In this document: piece by piece, positions 38,253-53,085 of the stretch | Position numbering within the stretch: the first letter of the stretch is position 1 | Layout: each line of letters begins with the position of its first letter | Notes under the pieces: generated by a model | The model's database searches: none | Told to the model about the DNA's origin: nothing | Seen by the model: only the letters and a program-made list of their open reading frames with translations | Position numbers and translations under genes: made by a program | Assembly (NCBI GenBank): GCA_051294375.1 | Contig: CM119271.1 | Location: forward strand, 13,259,039-13,323,038 | From: Paraspadella gotoi | Lineage: Eukaryota > Animalia > Chaetognatha | DNA: 64,000 nucleotides | Direction: 5' to 3'

Positions 38253-39166
38253 CGCCGACAATTTTTCACGGAACGCGAAATACGGGGGGGGGAAAGATCT
38301 ACCGGGAATGAATCCAAGAGAGAGGGGGGGAGTAGGAGGGGGGGGTTGGTGACATGAAAAAAAAACCCTACGGGGCTGAAAAGAGCCCCTAAACCCACTC
38401 GATTTCTCTCCGGGACCTTATTTTCCGAAAGCGTTTCGTTTTAGGTTTAATTTAGAATTAAAGAATTTTTTTTTTAAATAAAAGAGACAATTTAAACAGT
38501 TAAGACGATAAAAATATAAAACGATTTAAAACAATATGACATTCAAACAATAAATGAGTATTGAGCAAGACTAATTGCACTGATGGCACTAAAAATAAAA
38601 AATAAAATGCAAACAATTAAGCATCATTGCGGACACTGCAAATTGGAAAAGTATTAAGTATACTAATAAAAATCGTGAGTAAATATTATCATTATATATA
38701 TATAAGATATATAAGATATAAGAATATAGGATATAGGTTTTGGCATTTGGTTAAAGATATGGTTATGGTTTTGGTTTGTGATTAGGGTTAAGGGTTCAGT
38801 TTGAAGATTTTAGGATAATATGTTATACAATTTAATAATATATGAGTGAAACAAATTCAACTTTTATATTTATTTTAAAATTTAATTTAATTCAGTTTCA
38901 TATAATTAATAAGTAATAACAAAAAAAATTTTCATACGATTATGGATTGGTAATGAGGATCAAAAATTAGAATTAAGAATTAGTTTAGGCTTTATTCATT
39001 TTAAAAAAGATTGGGGTTAATTCTTTGAATTAAAATTAGGAACGGAAACGGGTCACTTTGAGAATATAGTGCCGATCCCTCTTCTTTTTCCTCGGCCTCG
39101 AATCGCACCTTTTCTCCGGTTCTCTCTTTCGATTTCACGCACGCGAATCTCTCTCTCTCTCTCTCT

Positions 39167-39215
<49 letters not shown>

Positions 39216-39433
39216 TCTTTCTTCTCATTCCTCTCCTCTCCCTCAACATTAATCCCTCCGCCAAAAAAAAAAAATGAGTTAAAGATTTCCCGCATTATAA
39301 ATCCACGCGATCCTTTTTCTTTTTCTCGATCAGTTCCTCGTAACACTTTCCTCTCTACTCCTCGGTTACAATCCCCCGAGAATCGTCATCCGCTCGACTC
39401 GAATAGCNNNNNNNNNNNNNNNNNNNNNNNNNT

Positions 39434-42400
39434 TGTGCGGTGACGTTTGTTTAACTCTGTCGTATCTCTAGGTATACCCCGGCGGGGTAGTGGGGTTAAA
39501 CCTGATCAAAGGTGGAGCCTCTGGCTTGCCCTTGCGTCGGCCTTGGGCGCGGCTTTACGGGGGTGCTCGGGGAACGCCCGAAGGAACAGCCAGTTGTGGC
39601 AATTGTCGCCCAAAACGGACGAGAGCTTGCCAATGAGCTTCACTCGAGATAGGGGCGGACCGGAAGCTCCCCTCTTCCGTCTGTGGGGCCGAATTTGGTG
39701 TACCACCCGTATGCACTCCTCCTCCCAACATGGAGAAAAGGACTGGCCCAGTCTTTTTCTCGATCAGCCTCGATGGTCTTCCACCAGATTCCATCTTGCC
39801 AAAATGTGTCGATGGGTTTGAATGCTGGCGGCCCACTATGGGCAATGTACTTCCGCGCTTGTACTCTTCCTGCTCCTTAGGTACGTCACGTACATACCGG
39901 GAGAAATGTGATGATTTGAATGGAAACGTGCTGAGGCAAGGCCTTCTTTCGGTCGTTTGGTGTGAACGTGATCGATGAAGGAGCTGCTACCAGGAGACTC
40001 GTGTGGTCGTTCGAAGATCTCGAAGGCCGGCAAATGTCCAAGGACGCCGATGAAATGCTATCCGTCGGGTGGCCCGTGCTCCAGGAGACTTATGCTGTGT
40101 CGCACAGCAGAGGGCAGGCGAACGATCCAGTCGAGTGGAGGGATGACTGCGAGCAAGTAGAGGGGACTTTTGGAAAGTGGGGACTGTTGCGCCACGGCCG
40201 GAGAATGCGCCTACCTGAATCGGACATATTCTACCATGATCATCCCCGCCGCCCGGGGGTTGTTTTTTGTTTTGGAAAATGAGAAAGAAGGGATATCCCC
40301 CCTCCCCCTTTTTCCCTTTTGCTTTACGTTAAATCCTTGCCGACCTTCAACTTGGCTTCAATGAAGGTGTGCGACGAAGAAGTCGGGTCGAGCTGTCCGT
40401 TAGCACAGCGTTAGCGCATGACGTAACTTGTTCCATGGCAGTCGGGAGGCTCCTGCCGTTGCTCTTCCGCAACTTGTTCTTGTTATTCTTCAACTTGGCG
40501 TTGCCCAGATGGGCAATTGCAATGGTGGCTTTGCTAGCAGTCCTTCCTTGTGCGGGCTGAGAAAAGCCCATAATGTCCCAGGGCAGTGTCAGTGGCGCCT
40601 CATTTCCTCGCCATCGGTCCATGCCAGCGACGGTCAGCACACACCTGGCTTGATGAAGTAGTAACTGGCCAGGAATCGGGTTATTTGACAGGCCGCACAT
40701 GGGATGGTACTGTGGGTAAGCGTTGGTCATGCGCTGGTAGAAGAATGTGTAGTTCTCTCGATCTCCAGCATGGAATATGTGAATGCGGGTTTCCTCCAGC
40801 AGTAAGTTTTCGATGTCGCGGACTGAGGCGAATCTTCAATGTTGGGGCGAAATGGATTACTGATGAACTTACCTAGTGGAGAAAAAAAAAAAACAAAGAG
40901 AGGTATTTTTAGATGTGGTTTTGCCGATTGTTTTTGTTTTTTTTTCCACGAGCCTGCATATCTAATGTCATTTTAATATTTTTGTATTTATAAATTTTAA
41001 ATAGGAATACTTTTTTTTTCGGATAATCATGTTAGTTACGAAAAATTGAATAGGAAGTATATCTGTTTGCCTTTTAACTTAGGTACAGTATGCAGTAGTA
41101 TTTTTTAAAAATAGAATTAGGCTAAAAAGCGAGAAAACAGAAAAAAAGAGCCACATCATTATATAGAGAGTTGACCTAACTGGCTGGTAAGAACCTAAAA
41201 ATTATTAATAACTTACGTTTTTCGTTTTTGTTTTCATATTTTATGTTTTGTGGGTTTTGTTATTTGCGTATTTATTTAAAAAAATATTAGAAATTTCTGG
41301 TGGTTTAATTGTAAGTGGCGTTCATCCTTCGGTCATTCCACGTCCTTCCAATATTCACTCAATGTCATTTCATGTCATGACAACTGCTCAACGAATCGAG
41401 AAGAGTTGTTTGTTTTTCTGACTGTCCTTGGCATTGGCCGTAAGCCTCCAACCGGAGGGTTAGCCTGGATGATCTGCTCTTCAAAAGACCCGGCGTTCTC
41501 GGAGGTGGCGGGCCTTGGACTGGCGGCGTTGGGGGTCGGCCGCAGTTGAGGGCGTAAGTAACTGCAACACGTTCTGTGTTTCTCAGTCCTTGCCCGCTCC
41601 TGAACTCGCCGGGTGATCAGTGAGACTGGTTCTTTGTGCTCGGTGAATTGGAAAGTTGTGAATGATAAATAAATGGTACTATTATAATAATGATGAGTAT
41701 AAAAAATATTTTTTTTACAGTTATATACTTATGAGCCCAAAACCTAAAAGAGAGAAAAAACAAAAAAAAAACCCGAAAATTATAAAAACAAAATTGGTTT
41801 TCATGTAATAATTTAAACTTTACAAATTTACAAACAACTTCTCCCTCTATAAGTTTTGTTATACTTTGACAAAAGAATATTACAAATTTTTACAAATGTT
41901 AAATATTACAAATTTTTACAATTTTTTTACCAAAATTAAAATAAAGAAATGTAAACAGCAACTTTTATTAATGTTTAATTTACGTTTGCCTTTTTTAATT
42001 CCATCGCCAAACTCAGCCCTAAATGATTCTAGCGACCTTACCGCACAATTCAACTCACCCTTTTCCAAGAATTGCAAAGGCCCCCGTCAGCGATGGCGTA
42101 GCAAATGCGGCGGCGCCTCGTTTCTTCCCTCTTGTTCCTGTTAGAAATCTCTCATGATTGGCGTGTAGACCCATGAGCCACTTGTAAGGGTTGATACAGA
42201 TGCAGAAGAGGCCAGAGTAGGTGTAGATCTGAAGGACCTTGTAGCGGGTCCTCAGGTTGTGAAGAACGCAAGCTTTGTTCAAAACGGACAGGTTGGACAT
42301 ATCCTCTTCCTGAAAAAGGAAAAGAGTCGTAGTTTGTTTGTAGGTATTTCTAGGTCATTAATTTTGTAGAAGATAAAATATATTATAAAAGTCACTATTT

Positions 42401-45075
42401 TTACATTGTAAAAATTTATTATAATTATGTCAATTGCGAAATAAAAAAATTTTATTTGGAATTTTAAATAATGAGACATCAACATATTAGATGAGTTATA
42501 TACATTAAATATATTATGTAAGTAAGACGTTAAAGACATTAAATGAAACATTGAATACATAAAATAAATTTTAAAAATTGATTATTTTTAACATTGTAAA
42601 AAATTAAATATTTTTAAAATTTTAAATAAATAGGGCAATTTTTACATCTTTTGTCAATTTAATAATAAAAACATTTATCATGCTTCCCTCATTTTTTTTC
42701 CTTCTAAACTAAGAACAAAAAAAAATACTTTGTTTTGTTTCGCGACGTAAACAAAAACAAAGTAATTTTTGTTTACGTCGAATCTTTTGTTTACCTTTTT
42801 TTCGAATTTTGGCGGGTTTCTCTCCAAAAACTTCCGACCTTAGGCAGAGTCTTTACTTCGTTCTTCGCGCCGTCTCGACTTCGATTGTCTCCGCCGTTGT
42901 CCTAAATGAAATAATATTGATCTCCTATTCGTTTCTATTACAAGCAGCCGTAGTAGTATCTACGAAATATGCATATAACTCGTCAACCATCAAACAATAA
43001 ACAATAGTCTAATCTATAATCCATCAATATCTCGAACAATTAATAAATCTAATTAAAATTCAATTATAAATAAATAAATCGATAATTCAATCAGTCATCA
43101 ATCATAAATCATCAACCAATAATCAATTAATTATTAGATATCAAGTAATCTATATCTAAAAAATCAATCTAAATGAAACAATTCTAATCAAAACATCACA
43201 AAAATGAAAAAATAATAGGATAATTAAATTAATCAATTAATATCCATCAAAGCGATCAGTAATCTTACCAGCAATAAATGTGAATGAATCACATAAAGTG
43301 CTTTATTAATTAATTAATTAGTTTATTAATGAAGACTCACCGATTTGACTTTTGCGCTTGATGAAAACTTCCTCCACATCCGACACCCATCGTTCAGTCC
43401 TGAGTGAGAAGGAGCAAAAAGGAGATGAAAGGTCAACATAACTGGAAAAGGAGGAAAAATATATATAGAGAGGAGAGAGAGAGAGAGAGAGACAAAAAAT
43501 AGAAAAAGAAGAAAGATAAGAAAAGAAAGAAAGAAAGAAAGAAAGAAAGAAAAGAAAGAAAGAAAGAAAAGAAAGAGAAAAAAAGCAAAATAGATACTAG
43601 ATAGAAAGAAAGATAGACAGATAGATTGATAGATACCGAGATAGATAAATAGATAGATACGCTAGATAGAAAGAAAGATAGATAAATGAGACAGACCGAC
43701 CGACCTTAGCGTCGAAAGGAGCGCTTCTCTCCTTGAGGAGCTCATTCATTGGACTCTGCAGCCACAAACCAATCAGGATGGTTGGGCGAAAGACGTTCCT
43801 TCTTCTTATCGGCCATAATTTCGGTTCGACGGTGGAACTGGAGTCAAAGAATTTGAGATTTATTACCGGAGATTTGGAGATTTATTATTTGTGATTGGAA
43901 GATTTTTTATTGGAGATTTGGAGATTAGGAAGATTTGAGAAATATGGCTTGAGATTTGAGGGTTTGATATTTTAGATTAAAGATTTGGACATTTGGGATA
44001 TAACATTTGATATAACATTGGGTAACATTATAACATTGGATTTGTGATTTGAGAATTGAAATTTGAGAATTTCTAAATTTCTAAAATTCATTCGAATAGA
44101 AAATTTCAAAAATTTTAGGATTAATATTAATTTAAAATAAAAGATTTTAATTTTAAGAAGAAATCATACCTTTTGATGACAAAAAAAAAAACCTTTTTAA
44201 AATCCTGGAGACCCCAGACTGGAGCGGCTTGTTTCAAACCTGATTTAAAGGGAAGCTCTTTTATAACTATTAATACTGTTATTACTATAAATACTATTTT
44301 ATTTATCATTTAACGTTTAAAGAACTAAAAGTCCGATACATTCAAACGTTGGACAAAAAAAGAAAAAAAAACCCCCACGGAACGTTGGGGCACTTTTTTT
44401 CTTTTTAACCTGCGAAACGTCTTCGTCCACTAAAAAAAAAGCGCGCGTGCTGAAGTGGCCTCAACCCGGGACGCCTCTCTTTTATACGCCGACAAATTTT
44501 CACGGAACGCGAAATACGGGGGGGGGAAAGATCTACCGGGAATGAATCCAAGAGAGAGGGGGGGAGTAGGAGGGGGTGGTGAATGAAAAAAAAACCCTAC
44601 GGGGCTGAAAAGAGCCCCTAAACCCACTCGATTTCTCTCCGGGACCTTATTTCCGAAAGCGTTTCGTTTTAGGTTTAATTTAGAATTAAAGAATTTTTTT
44701 TTTAAATAAAAGAGACAATTTAAACAGTTAAAGACGATAAAAATATAAAACGATTTAAAACAATATGACATTCAAACAATAAATGAGTATTGAGGCAAGA
44801 CTAATTGCACCTGATAGGCACTAAAATAAAAATAAAAAATGCAAACAATTAAGCATCATTGCGACACTGCAAATTGGAAAAGTATTAAGTATACTAATAA
44901 AAATCGTGAGTAAATATTATCATTATATATATATAAGATATATAAGATATAAGAATATAGGATATAGGTTTTGGCATTTGGTTAAAGATATGGTTATGGT
45001 TTTGGTTTGTGATTAGGGTTAAGCGTTCAGTTGGAAGACATTTTAGGATAATATGTTATACAATTTAATAATATA
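39434..45075 (-). other. Error-rich duplicate of ~33640-38845 (5' half of myosin A); probably a redundant unpolished read or haplotig
   Basis: Introns and intergenic sequence are essentially identical apart from scattered indels; starts right after an N gap; error density rises towards both ends. Confidence 0.85.
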
Positions 45076-46078
45076 TGATTTAATTTGGGGTGGGGTAATC
45101 CCCGAGAGTCTTTAGAGGGAGAGTCACTGACCCATGTCGGTCATCAAACTGCTGGGAGGAAACTTATGTATCTCAAGAAACGCTTTTATATTTATTTAGA
45201 ATGGTTAAAAGTTTGAGTTTAACTAGATGATTCATAATAATAATAAAATACACGTAATCGCAAAAAAATGATAACTATGTTAGTCATGTACAAGATAGTA
45301 ATATATTGGAATTGGATAATGCAGGCCTGATAATGGAGGATGTAGGAATAGAATAGAGTGTCGCTCTCGAGGCTTTATTCATTTTACACAGTATTGTAAT
45401 GACTCTTTTTGAATCTAATTATCGAGAAGGCACACGGAGAAGGGTGCGGACGTTAGTTCGGAGAATGAGAGGAAGTGACGTATTCTGTCATAGTCTTATT
45501 TTCCCTTCTCTCCTGGCTGCTGTCGGGCATTGTTCTGAATCGAGAACAGTTCGGGTCGTCACAGCGTCTGTGCTCTTCTCTGCCTTCTGTGACTTAGTCG
45601 ATCTACTCTCGTGCTAGATCACGTGGAAGAGGGATATGCGCAGAAAGAAGTCATGCTTCTCGTCCTCGGGCCTCTTCTGGACGTATACATCAGTTTCTCC
45701 TGGCTAGATCTCTGAGTGGATCGGTTCCCGTAGTCTAATATGTACACGATCTCTCATCTCTCGTTTCCTCTATGTCTCTCAGTGCTCGTCTCTCTCTCTC
45801 GTGCTCTCTACGACTCGGCTCTCCTTTCTCCGATCACGACAAAAGGTAAAAGAGGATCTATTGGAGTCGAGGATGACGATTCTCGGGGGATTGGTAACGC
45901 GAGGAGTAGAGAGGAAATGGTTACGAGGAACGATCGAGAAAAAGAAAAAGGATCGCCGGGATTTTATAATGGCGGGAAATCTTTAACTCATTTTTTTTTT
46001 TGGCGGAGGGAAATTTAAAGTGTTGAAGGGAAGAGAAGAGAGGAAATGAGAAGAAAGAGAGAGAGGAGAGAAAGGAAG

Positions 46079-46144
<66 letters not shown>

Positions 46145-46621
46145 AAAAGAAAGGAGGGAAAAGACTAAAATGAGAGAAGGAAGGGAGGAAGAAAAGAGAG
46201 AGAGAGAGAGGAGAGAGAGAGGAAAAGAAAGGAGTGAAAGACGTGAAGTGAGAGAAAGGTAAGGAGGAAAGAAAAATAAGAGTGAGAGGTTAAAATAAGA
46301 CAGAAAAAGGAGAAAACGAAAGGAGAGAGAAGAAAAAATGTAGGACAACAAAGATAGGAAGGGAGAGAGAAAGGGGAAAAAGTGAGGTAGAATAGAGAGG
46401 TTTAGAAAAGACAGGTAGAATAGTAGAAGAAGAAGGTAGGAAGTTGAAGGGAGGCTTCATCTTCATCGCCACGATGTTTGCAGAAGAAATTTTATGGGCT
46501 AAATTGGCTAATGTGATAAAGTAATATATTTTTCGAATAATTCATAAGCTTTTTCCCTTTTCTTTAAAATCATTGTTTTATTAAATTGAGTTTGCGTGTC
46601 ATTAGTTTTCTCTTAACGTGA

Positions 46622-46694
<73 letters not shown>

Positions 46695-46838
46695 CTCGCT
46701 CTCCTCTCCCTACCCCATCTCTTCCCTCCGCGTCGTCTCCTCTTCATCCCTCAATTCTTGATTCCTGTTAGTTCCCCCTTTGATTCAATTACTGTAATCA
46801 ATTCAGGCCGTTGAATCGGCTTTGAAGGGAAGGAAATG

Positions 46839-46929
<91 letters not shown>

Positions 46930-48171
46930 AGAGGAGATTGTGCTCTGCAACCCTACTAGAATCAAGACCGAGATTTCCTCAATGTTTAGAATTCGTTCTC
47001 GCTTAGAAAATTTTCAGATCCAGTTTCCAGAAGAAAAAAAAACATTTATAAAAAAAGAAGAGAGATGATTGTTTCGGAAAAATAAAAAAAAATTCCAATT
47101 TCAATAAGAATCATTAAGAAGAACGTGACATGATAGGGGAGGGGAAAAAAAGAGAGAAAGAATAAGAAATCAGAGACAAAAGAATGAAAAAAGTAAATAG
47201 AGACAAAACTGAGAAAGATGGAAGAAAAGAGAGAAATAAAAAAAATAACAATAATTTAAATAAAAAACACATGAAACAAGAACGGTAATTCAAATGTGTT
47301 TCGCCGCAGACAAATTACATGCATTTTTAACATAATTTGGACAGACCGACCGACCGACCGACCGACCGACCGACCGACAGACCGACCGACAGACCGACCG
47401 AAAAGTGGCATATAGAGTTGCTCCGCGTCCAAGTGCACAAAACACAATAACCGGACCATTGGTAACTTTCTTTCTTTTTAATCAAAGTTAGCGTTTAATT
47501 ATAACAAAAAGAATTTTTTTTTTAATCTGAAATCTGTCATCCAAACTATTTAAATGCGATAAGAACGCAATCAGCAACCTTTTTTGAAGAAAGGGCCTGT
47601 CTCTACACTATTTTCCGTAAACGCTTCTTTTCTGTTCTTAATCCCCGACTAATCTTTAAATCTAACCCAATTTCTAATTTTTTTACCCTTAAAATTAAAT
47701 TAATTTTAAAGCTAAGCCGTAAATATTGGCCCAAAACTACCAAGTCCAAAACCCGCACGAACCCCAAAGAACCTAACCCCAATCAACTTGGCCCAAATTT
47801 TAACAATAGCCAAAACAAAATCCTCCAATCATCTGAAAAACCTAGAGACGCCCTGATTTATCTTTCTTCCCTCCATCAAAAATCACTTTTCACCTGACCC
47901 CCCCCATCTTCCTTTTCACCAGCCCTGGCTCCAGCAAAACTCCATCCATCTCGCCCGACTCCATTACTTTTGATTAGATGGAAATCTGAGAAACCTAAAC
48001 ATCGCGAGATATCGTCGTCGTCGTCGTCGTCGTCGTCGTCTTCCTCATCGTTTTCGTCGTCGTCGTGTGTGTTGCTTCTTCTTTTTCTGATTGTCTTACT
48101 CAATCATGGTCTTCATCGTTGTCGTCGTCGTCGTCTTCATTTCCTCCTTCATCATCATCATCATCATCATC

Positions 48172-48213
<42 letters not shown>

Positions 48214-49773
48214 GCATCATCATCATCATCATAATCTTCCGACATTGTTATTTTGATTTTATGAGAAATTGTTTTCCTTACGTCGCGAAGATAACTCGAG
48301 GTGGGAGGTTGTAATACGAAGTGACATGGAAAAATAAAGTTGGAATTTATTAACATAAGTAATGTTTGTTAAACATTATACCACTACATTGATTGGGAAG
48401 CCATTTACTCTGAGACTGTGAGAGAGTCTTGATTGAAAGCTTGCAGGTACCTACTATGTCATTATCTTGTAAGAGTGATGGAGGCCTTAAACCACCAAAG
48501 CCTGTCAAAAGTCAGGGGCAAAATAGCTTATTTATTAAATGAATGGATAATTTTTATATTGGTTTGATAAATTTCATGCCATGATTTGACGGGAGGCAGA
48601 CAATCTAAGCTAAGAGTCTTTCTCAGCAGTCGGACATTTTTGCAGTTGAAGCAAAACAATGAAAATATCGAGAAATGGAATTTGTCTTTTTGTCCTGGGA
48701 TTTACAAGTGCGTTTTTTTTTTATCTTTTTNNNNNNNNNNNNNNNNNNNNNNNNNNNNNNNNNNNNNNNNNNNNNNNNNNNNNNNNNNNNNNNNNNNNNN
48801 NNNNNNNNNNNNNNNNNNNNNNNNNNNNNNNNNNNNNNNNNNNNNNNNNNNNNNNNNNNNNNNNNNNNNNNNNNNNNNNNNNNNNNNNNNNNNNNATAAA
48901 AAAATAAATTAAAATAAAATTGTGCCTGTAAATCCATCTACCAATTGCAGAATTTAAATTTACCATCTCTCGTACATTGGATGTCTATTCAACAATTATC
49001 AAGAAATACAATTTTATTGCTTCAGTATTCATTATACACAGAATAATTTAAGTAATACGAACTCGAATTCCTTTTTATACTTAATTCCTCATTAAGACTA
49101 AATAAATCCTTCCTTCGCCCGTAATGATCAATTACAACAATCATCACCGAATTAACTCGTCCATAATCGTTAATCAATAATTACTATTACCATTGCTATT
49201 ACTATTACCATCTTAATTCATTGTCCTTTTTTCCTAATCGCTACTCAACTCAGGAACCGAATAAAATCGAAAGTCATTAACCCCGAAAACTGAGAGAAAG
49301 CGGAAACAAGAAAGCGGCTCTCTTTTCCGAGAGTGTCCCATTTTTGTTCGCCTATTCAAAAATTGAATTTTAATTAATAAATTAATTATTAATTAAATAT
49401 ATTTGTAAACATATAAACTAATCTTTAACCCTAATCACTAACTCTAATCCCTAACCTAATCCTGAACACTAATGCTAAACCCTTATCAGTAATTTTAAAC
49501 TCTAACCTTTAACCCTAAACACTACTCTTTAACCCAAATCTCTACATTACATAATGTTTCTTTTTTTTTCTCTCTTTCTCTTTCTCTCACTGTCTTACCA
49601 TTTTAATTAATTTCAAAACTACCTTTACCTGTCTTCACCTTAAATCTGTCCTCACCATTTGACCACTATCTCTGTGTTAGAAACTTTGCCCCTCTCTCTC
49701 TTTCTCTCTCTCTTTCTTTCTCTCTCTCCCTTTCTTTTTTATACATTTTCTCTGTCAAATTAATTTAAACTTT

Positions 49774-49815
49774 AATGCTGATGAAGGCTCGCAAATAGAG
49801 CAGAAACATGTACGT
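49774..49815 (+). ncRNA. Minimal type I hammerhead ribozyme-like motif (Penelope-type), probably degenerate
   Basis: aatg-CTGATGA-aGGCTC-gcaaata-GAGCa-GAAAC-AT-GTA-cgtt: conserved core boxes, stem II, palindromic ACATGT stem III and a 4-bp stem I. Confidence 0.55.
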
Positions 49816-50510
49816 TTCTTAAAAAAAATTTTAAAAATCGTTGTTGTAAACAATTCACACATCTCTTCTAAATTCAATTAACACAACGAAAGAAAGGATT
49901 ACACAACAATAACCCAAATCTCTAAACCATAATCACAAATCAAAATCCCTAACCTTAAATACTTACATAACCCCGAACCTAATCCCTAACTCTAACCTTT
50001 AACCTGATCTTTAACTCAAAAGATTAACCTAATTCCGAATTTAAGACAAAACAGGGCATTCTGGGAAAATAAGGCCAATGGGGCGCTCTGCGAAAAGAGT
50101 GGCGAATGAGGGTTTGAAATCAATTTTTTGGCGCCTTAAATTGAGGGTGGAAGAGGCGAGTGTGGGGGGGCGGGAGCCGGGGGGCGGGAGCGGGGGGTGA
50201 GAAGTGAGGGAAAATGTGAAATCTGTGAATGAATCTTTTTCAATTTGAATCGAGGGGAGAGGGGGGGAAATTCAGCGGCTGAATTTCGATGTAAGAAAAA
50301 ACATGTGTTTTCGTACAGTAGAAAATTTCAGGCTCCGGAACGAATCCTGCCTTCACCTCTCTCTCTCTCTCTCTCTCTCCTCTCTCCCGCTCGCACCTTG
50401 CACCCTCTAGACTACAACCCCAAGATTCGCTCCATGGTCGACGCCTAGCGAGAGAGAGAGAGAGCATCATGAATTTCTTCAGCATTATCGAACGGGACCT
50501 CTCTCTCTCT

Positions 50511-50578
<68 letters not shown>

Positions 50579-53042
50579 CTCTCTCTTATTCCCATACATT
50601 CTCTCCATCGCCATCCATTTCAGTCGAGAAAGAAAAAAAAAACATTAAATCACTTTACATTTTACGCAATTTCTTTATTTTTGACAAATGAGATCATTTA
50701 TTATCATTTTTAAAAATAAAACAAAAAGAGAGACGAGCCATCTGGTCATTTGTGACAGAGAGATAGAGAGCTAAACGATGAACCTCAGATATCGAGTCAG
50801 TTATAAGTATCTCTTTTCATGAATGTATTGTTAACTATTTCCTTGATCCATCCCCTTTTTTAAACAATACGTTGTAGAAAATATTAAAATCCAGAGTTCT
50901 CTTGATATTCCTGTCATTCGACGTAATTTTAAGTCCAATTGCGTCATTTTCAGTCTTGTCTGTCCTTTATTATTTTACTGACACACTTTCATCGTCAAAG
51001 TCTTTGAAATAATAAAAATAATTTTACAAAAATATTACAGAAGGCTTCATATTATAAAATGAGGTTCTCGTTCTCGTTCCGAAAAAAACTACTGGACCAA
51101 ATTTATTGAAATTCGGTATGAACGATCCCTATGTGAATACAAAAAGAACTATCGAGGTGAATTTAAAAATTTGACCCCTGAGCCGAAATATGGGGCCCCG
51201 GAGGGGTCATCCTTAGGGGCAAAAAATGGTCAATTTTTAAAAAAAAATTTTATCATTATTTTTTTTTATATTATTTACATATATTTTATTTATATTATAT
51301 ATTTTTTGAATTAACAGGTTCGACGAACAAATGAAATCATCCAAGTAAATATGAATATTTTCTTGCTGGGCTATGAGGGCGGAAAGGGCTTTTAAGAATG
51401 AAATATAAAATCTGAAGAGAAAAAAATCAGTTAAATTGGTTTCTTTTGTAAACATTACACAGTACAATACAATACACATACATACATACAACAAAAAATA
51501 GCTGCGAAATAAATCCGTTAATTAAAAGTTGATTAAAAGTTGGCAAATTCTAATGTGGTTCGGGCAACTGTTCTTTTGTCGATTCTATTTCGTGGAAACG
51601 ACGCGCACGCGCATTGGCGGTGATCTTGAAAACGAAAAAAAAAATCATAACTAAAAAAAAACCGTAAAAGCCAACGAGCGTACACAAGAGGTAAATAATT
51701 AAATATAGTAGAACTAAAACCGAACGATTCGTATAAATTATACGATATATATATACATATATATATATATATAATATATATTGTATATAAATTATACTAT
51801 AATTTTCTCTGAGATATGAGTTTCTTTCTCAGTGTCTCTAAAACCATCGAATGTTTTTTCTGGATACTAGATATTCGATATTAGCTTTAGCCTCCCCCCC
51901 TGAGCTCAAGGATTTGGTTTTAATCAAAAGAGATATTGTGGTTTTATTCTTTCTCAAAGAAATCCCAAGTTTGAGGTTTTTCTCGAGATGAAAATTGAAA
52001 ACAAATAAAACAGCGATGGCATTTATAGTTATGGTTTGGTCATTTCAGTTTAAGAGAGACACGATTTCGTCTACCTATAAAAATTAACATTGCATGACAA
52101 AACATTTTTATACGAAGGCTCGTTGTTTATTGTAAAATTAATTATTATTATTATTAAAATAAATTATTATCCATAAATTGAGTGGCGCTCCACTCGAGAT
52201 AAGCGCTAAACTAAAAAGTAAATCAAAATTGAATGTAATGAACAAAAAAAAATGACAAAACTGAAAACCTCATATTTTCTTCAAAAATCACCTCGGGCGA
52301 AAATAAAGACTGACGTTCTCGGGAATCGAGCCTCGCCAAAATTTATTCTATTCCGTCTGTCGGTCGGTCGGTCGGTCTATCGGTATGTCTGTCCGTCGGT
52401 CTGTCCCACTTACATTAAAAATTCAGGAAAAACTAAAACTTTAAAGAATAAAAGACAAGATTCCGATGTAACGCGTGTTATAAATACACGTGAAAAGAAA
52501 GTCGCTGAAGCGCAACACATTTGAATTACCGTTCTTATTTACTTTTCAATACGAGTCTTGACGTTTCACGCTCACGCCAGCTCATTTCACTGAATTCCGC
52601 TTCATAATTCACGTTTCTTCGCTTCTAATCACTTTGCACCAGCTCACTATAACACCATATCTTCCATTCTAGTTCACATCACACAACCACCCTTCACATT
52701 TCACTCTGATTCACCATGGTCCATGCTCTGCCTAATTAAAGGTTTACCACTGCTCCAACCCAAGTCTCTCTCACTCCATCTCACTCTCACTCCACTCTCT
52801 CTCCATCTGGCATCCCCATCTAATTCGGAAACCGCATCTTACGAATTTTTCGTTTTTCTCTAAGAAAAAAAAAATCCCAACATCCGGGGATTCGCGAAAT
52901 TCTTTCACCCGGATGTAATAAAAAAGTTGTTCCCATGGATGTAATAGAAAATAATTCCTTCACCCGGATATAATAGAAAATGAGTGAGAAAACGACGACG
53001 AAGACGCCGTCTCGCGAACAGATGCTGAAGAGGGAGTCGGTG

Positions 53043-53085
<43 letters not shown>

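Noticed and set aside
39434-45075. Third myosin gene or tandem pseudogene
   Set aside because: Introns are identical to myosin A except for random indels, it is gap-adjacent and it ends in a fold-back; best explained as a redundant raw read.
47970-48314. Poly-Ser/His ORF
   Set aside because: (TCG)n/(TCA)n trinucleotide repeats.
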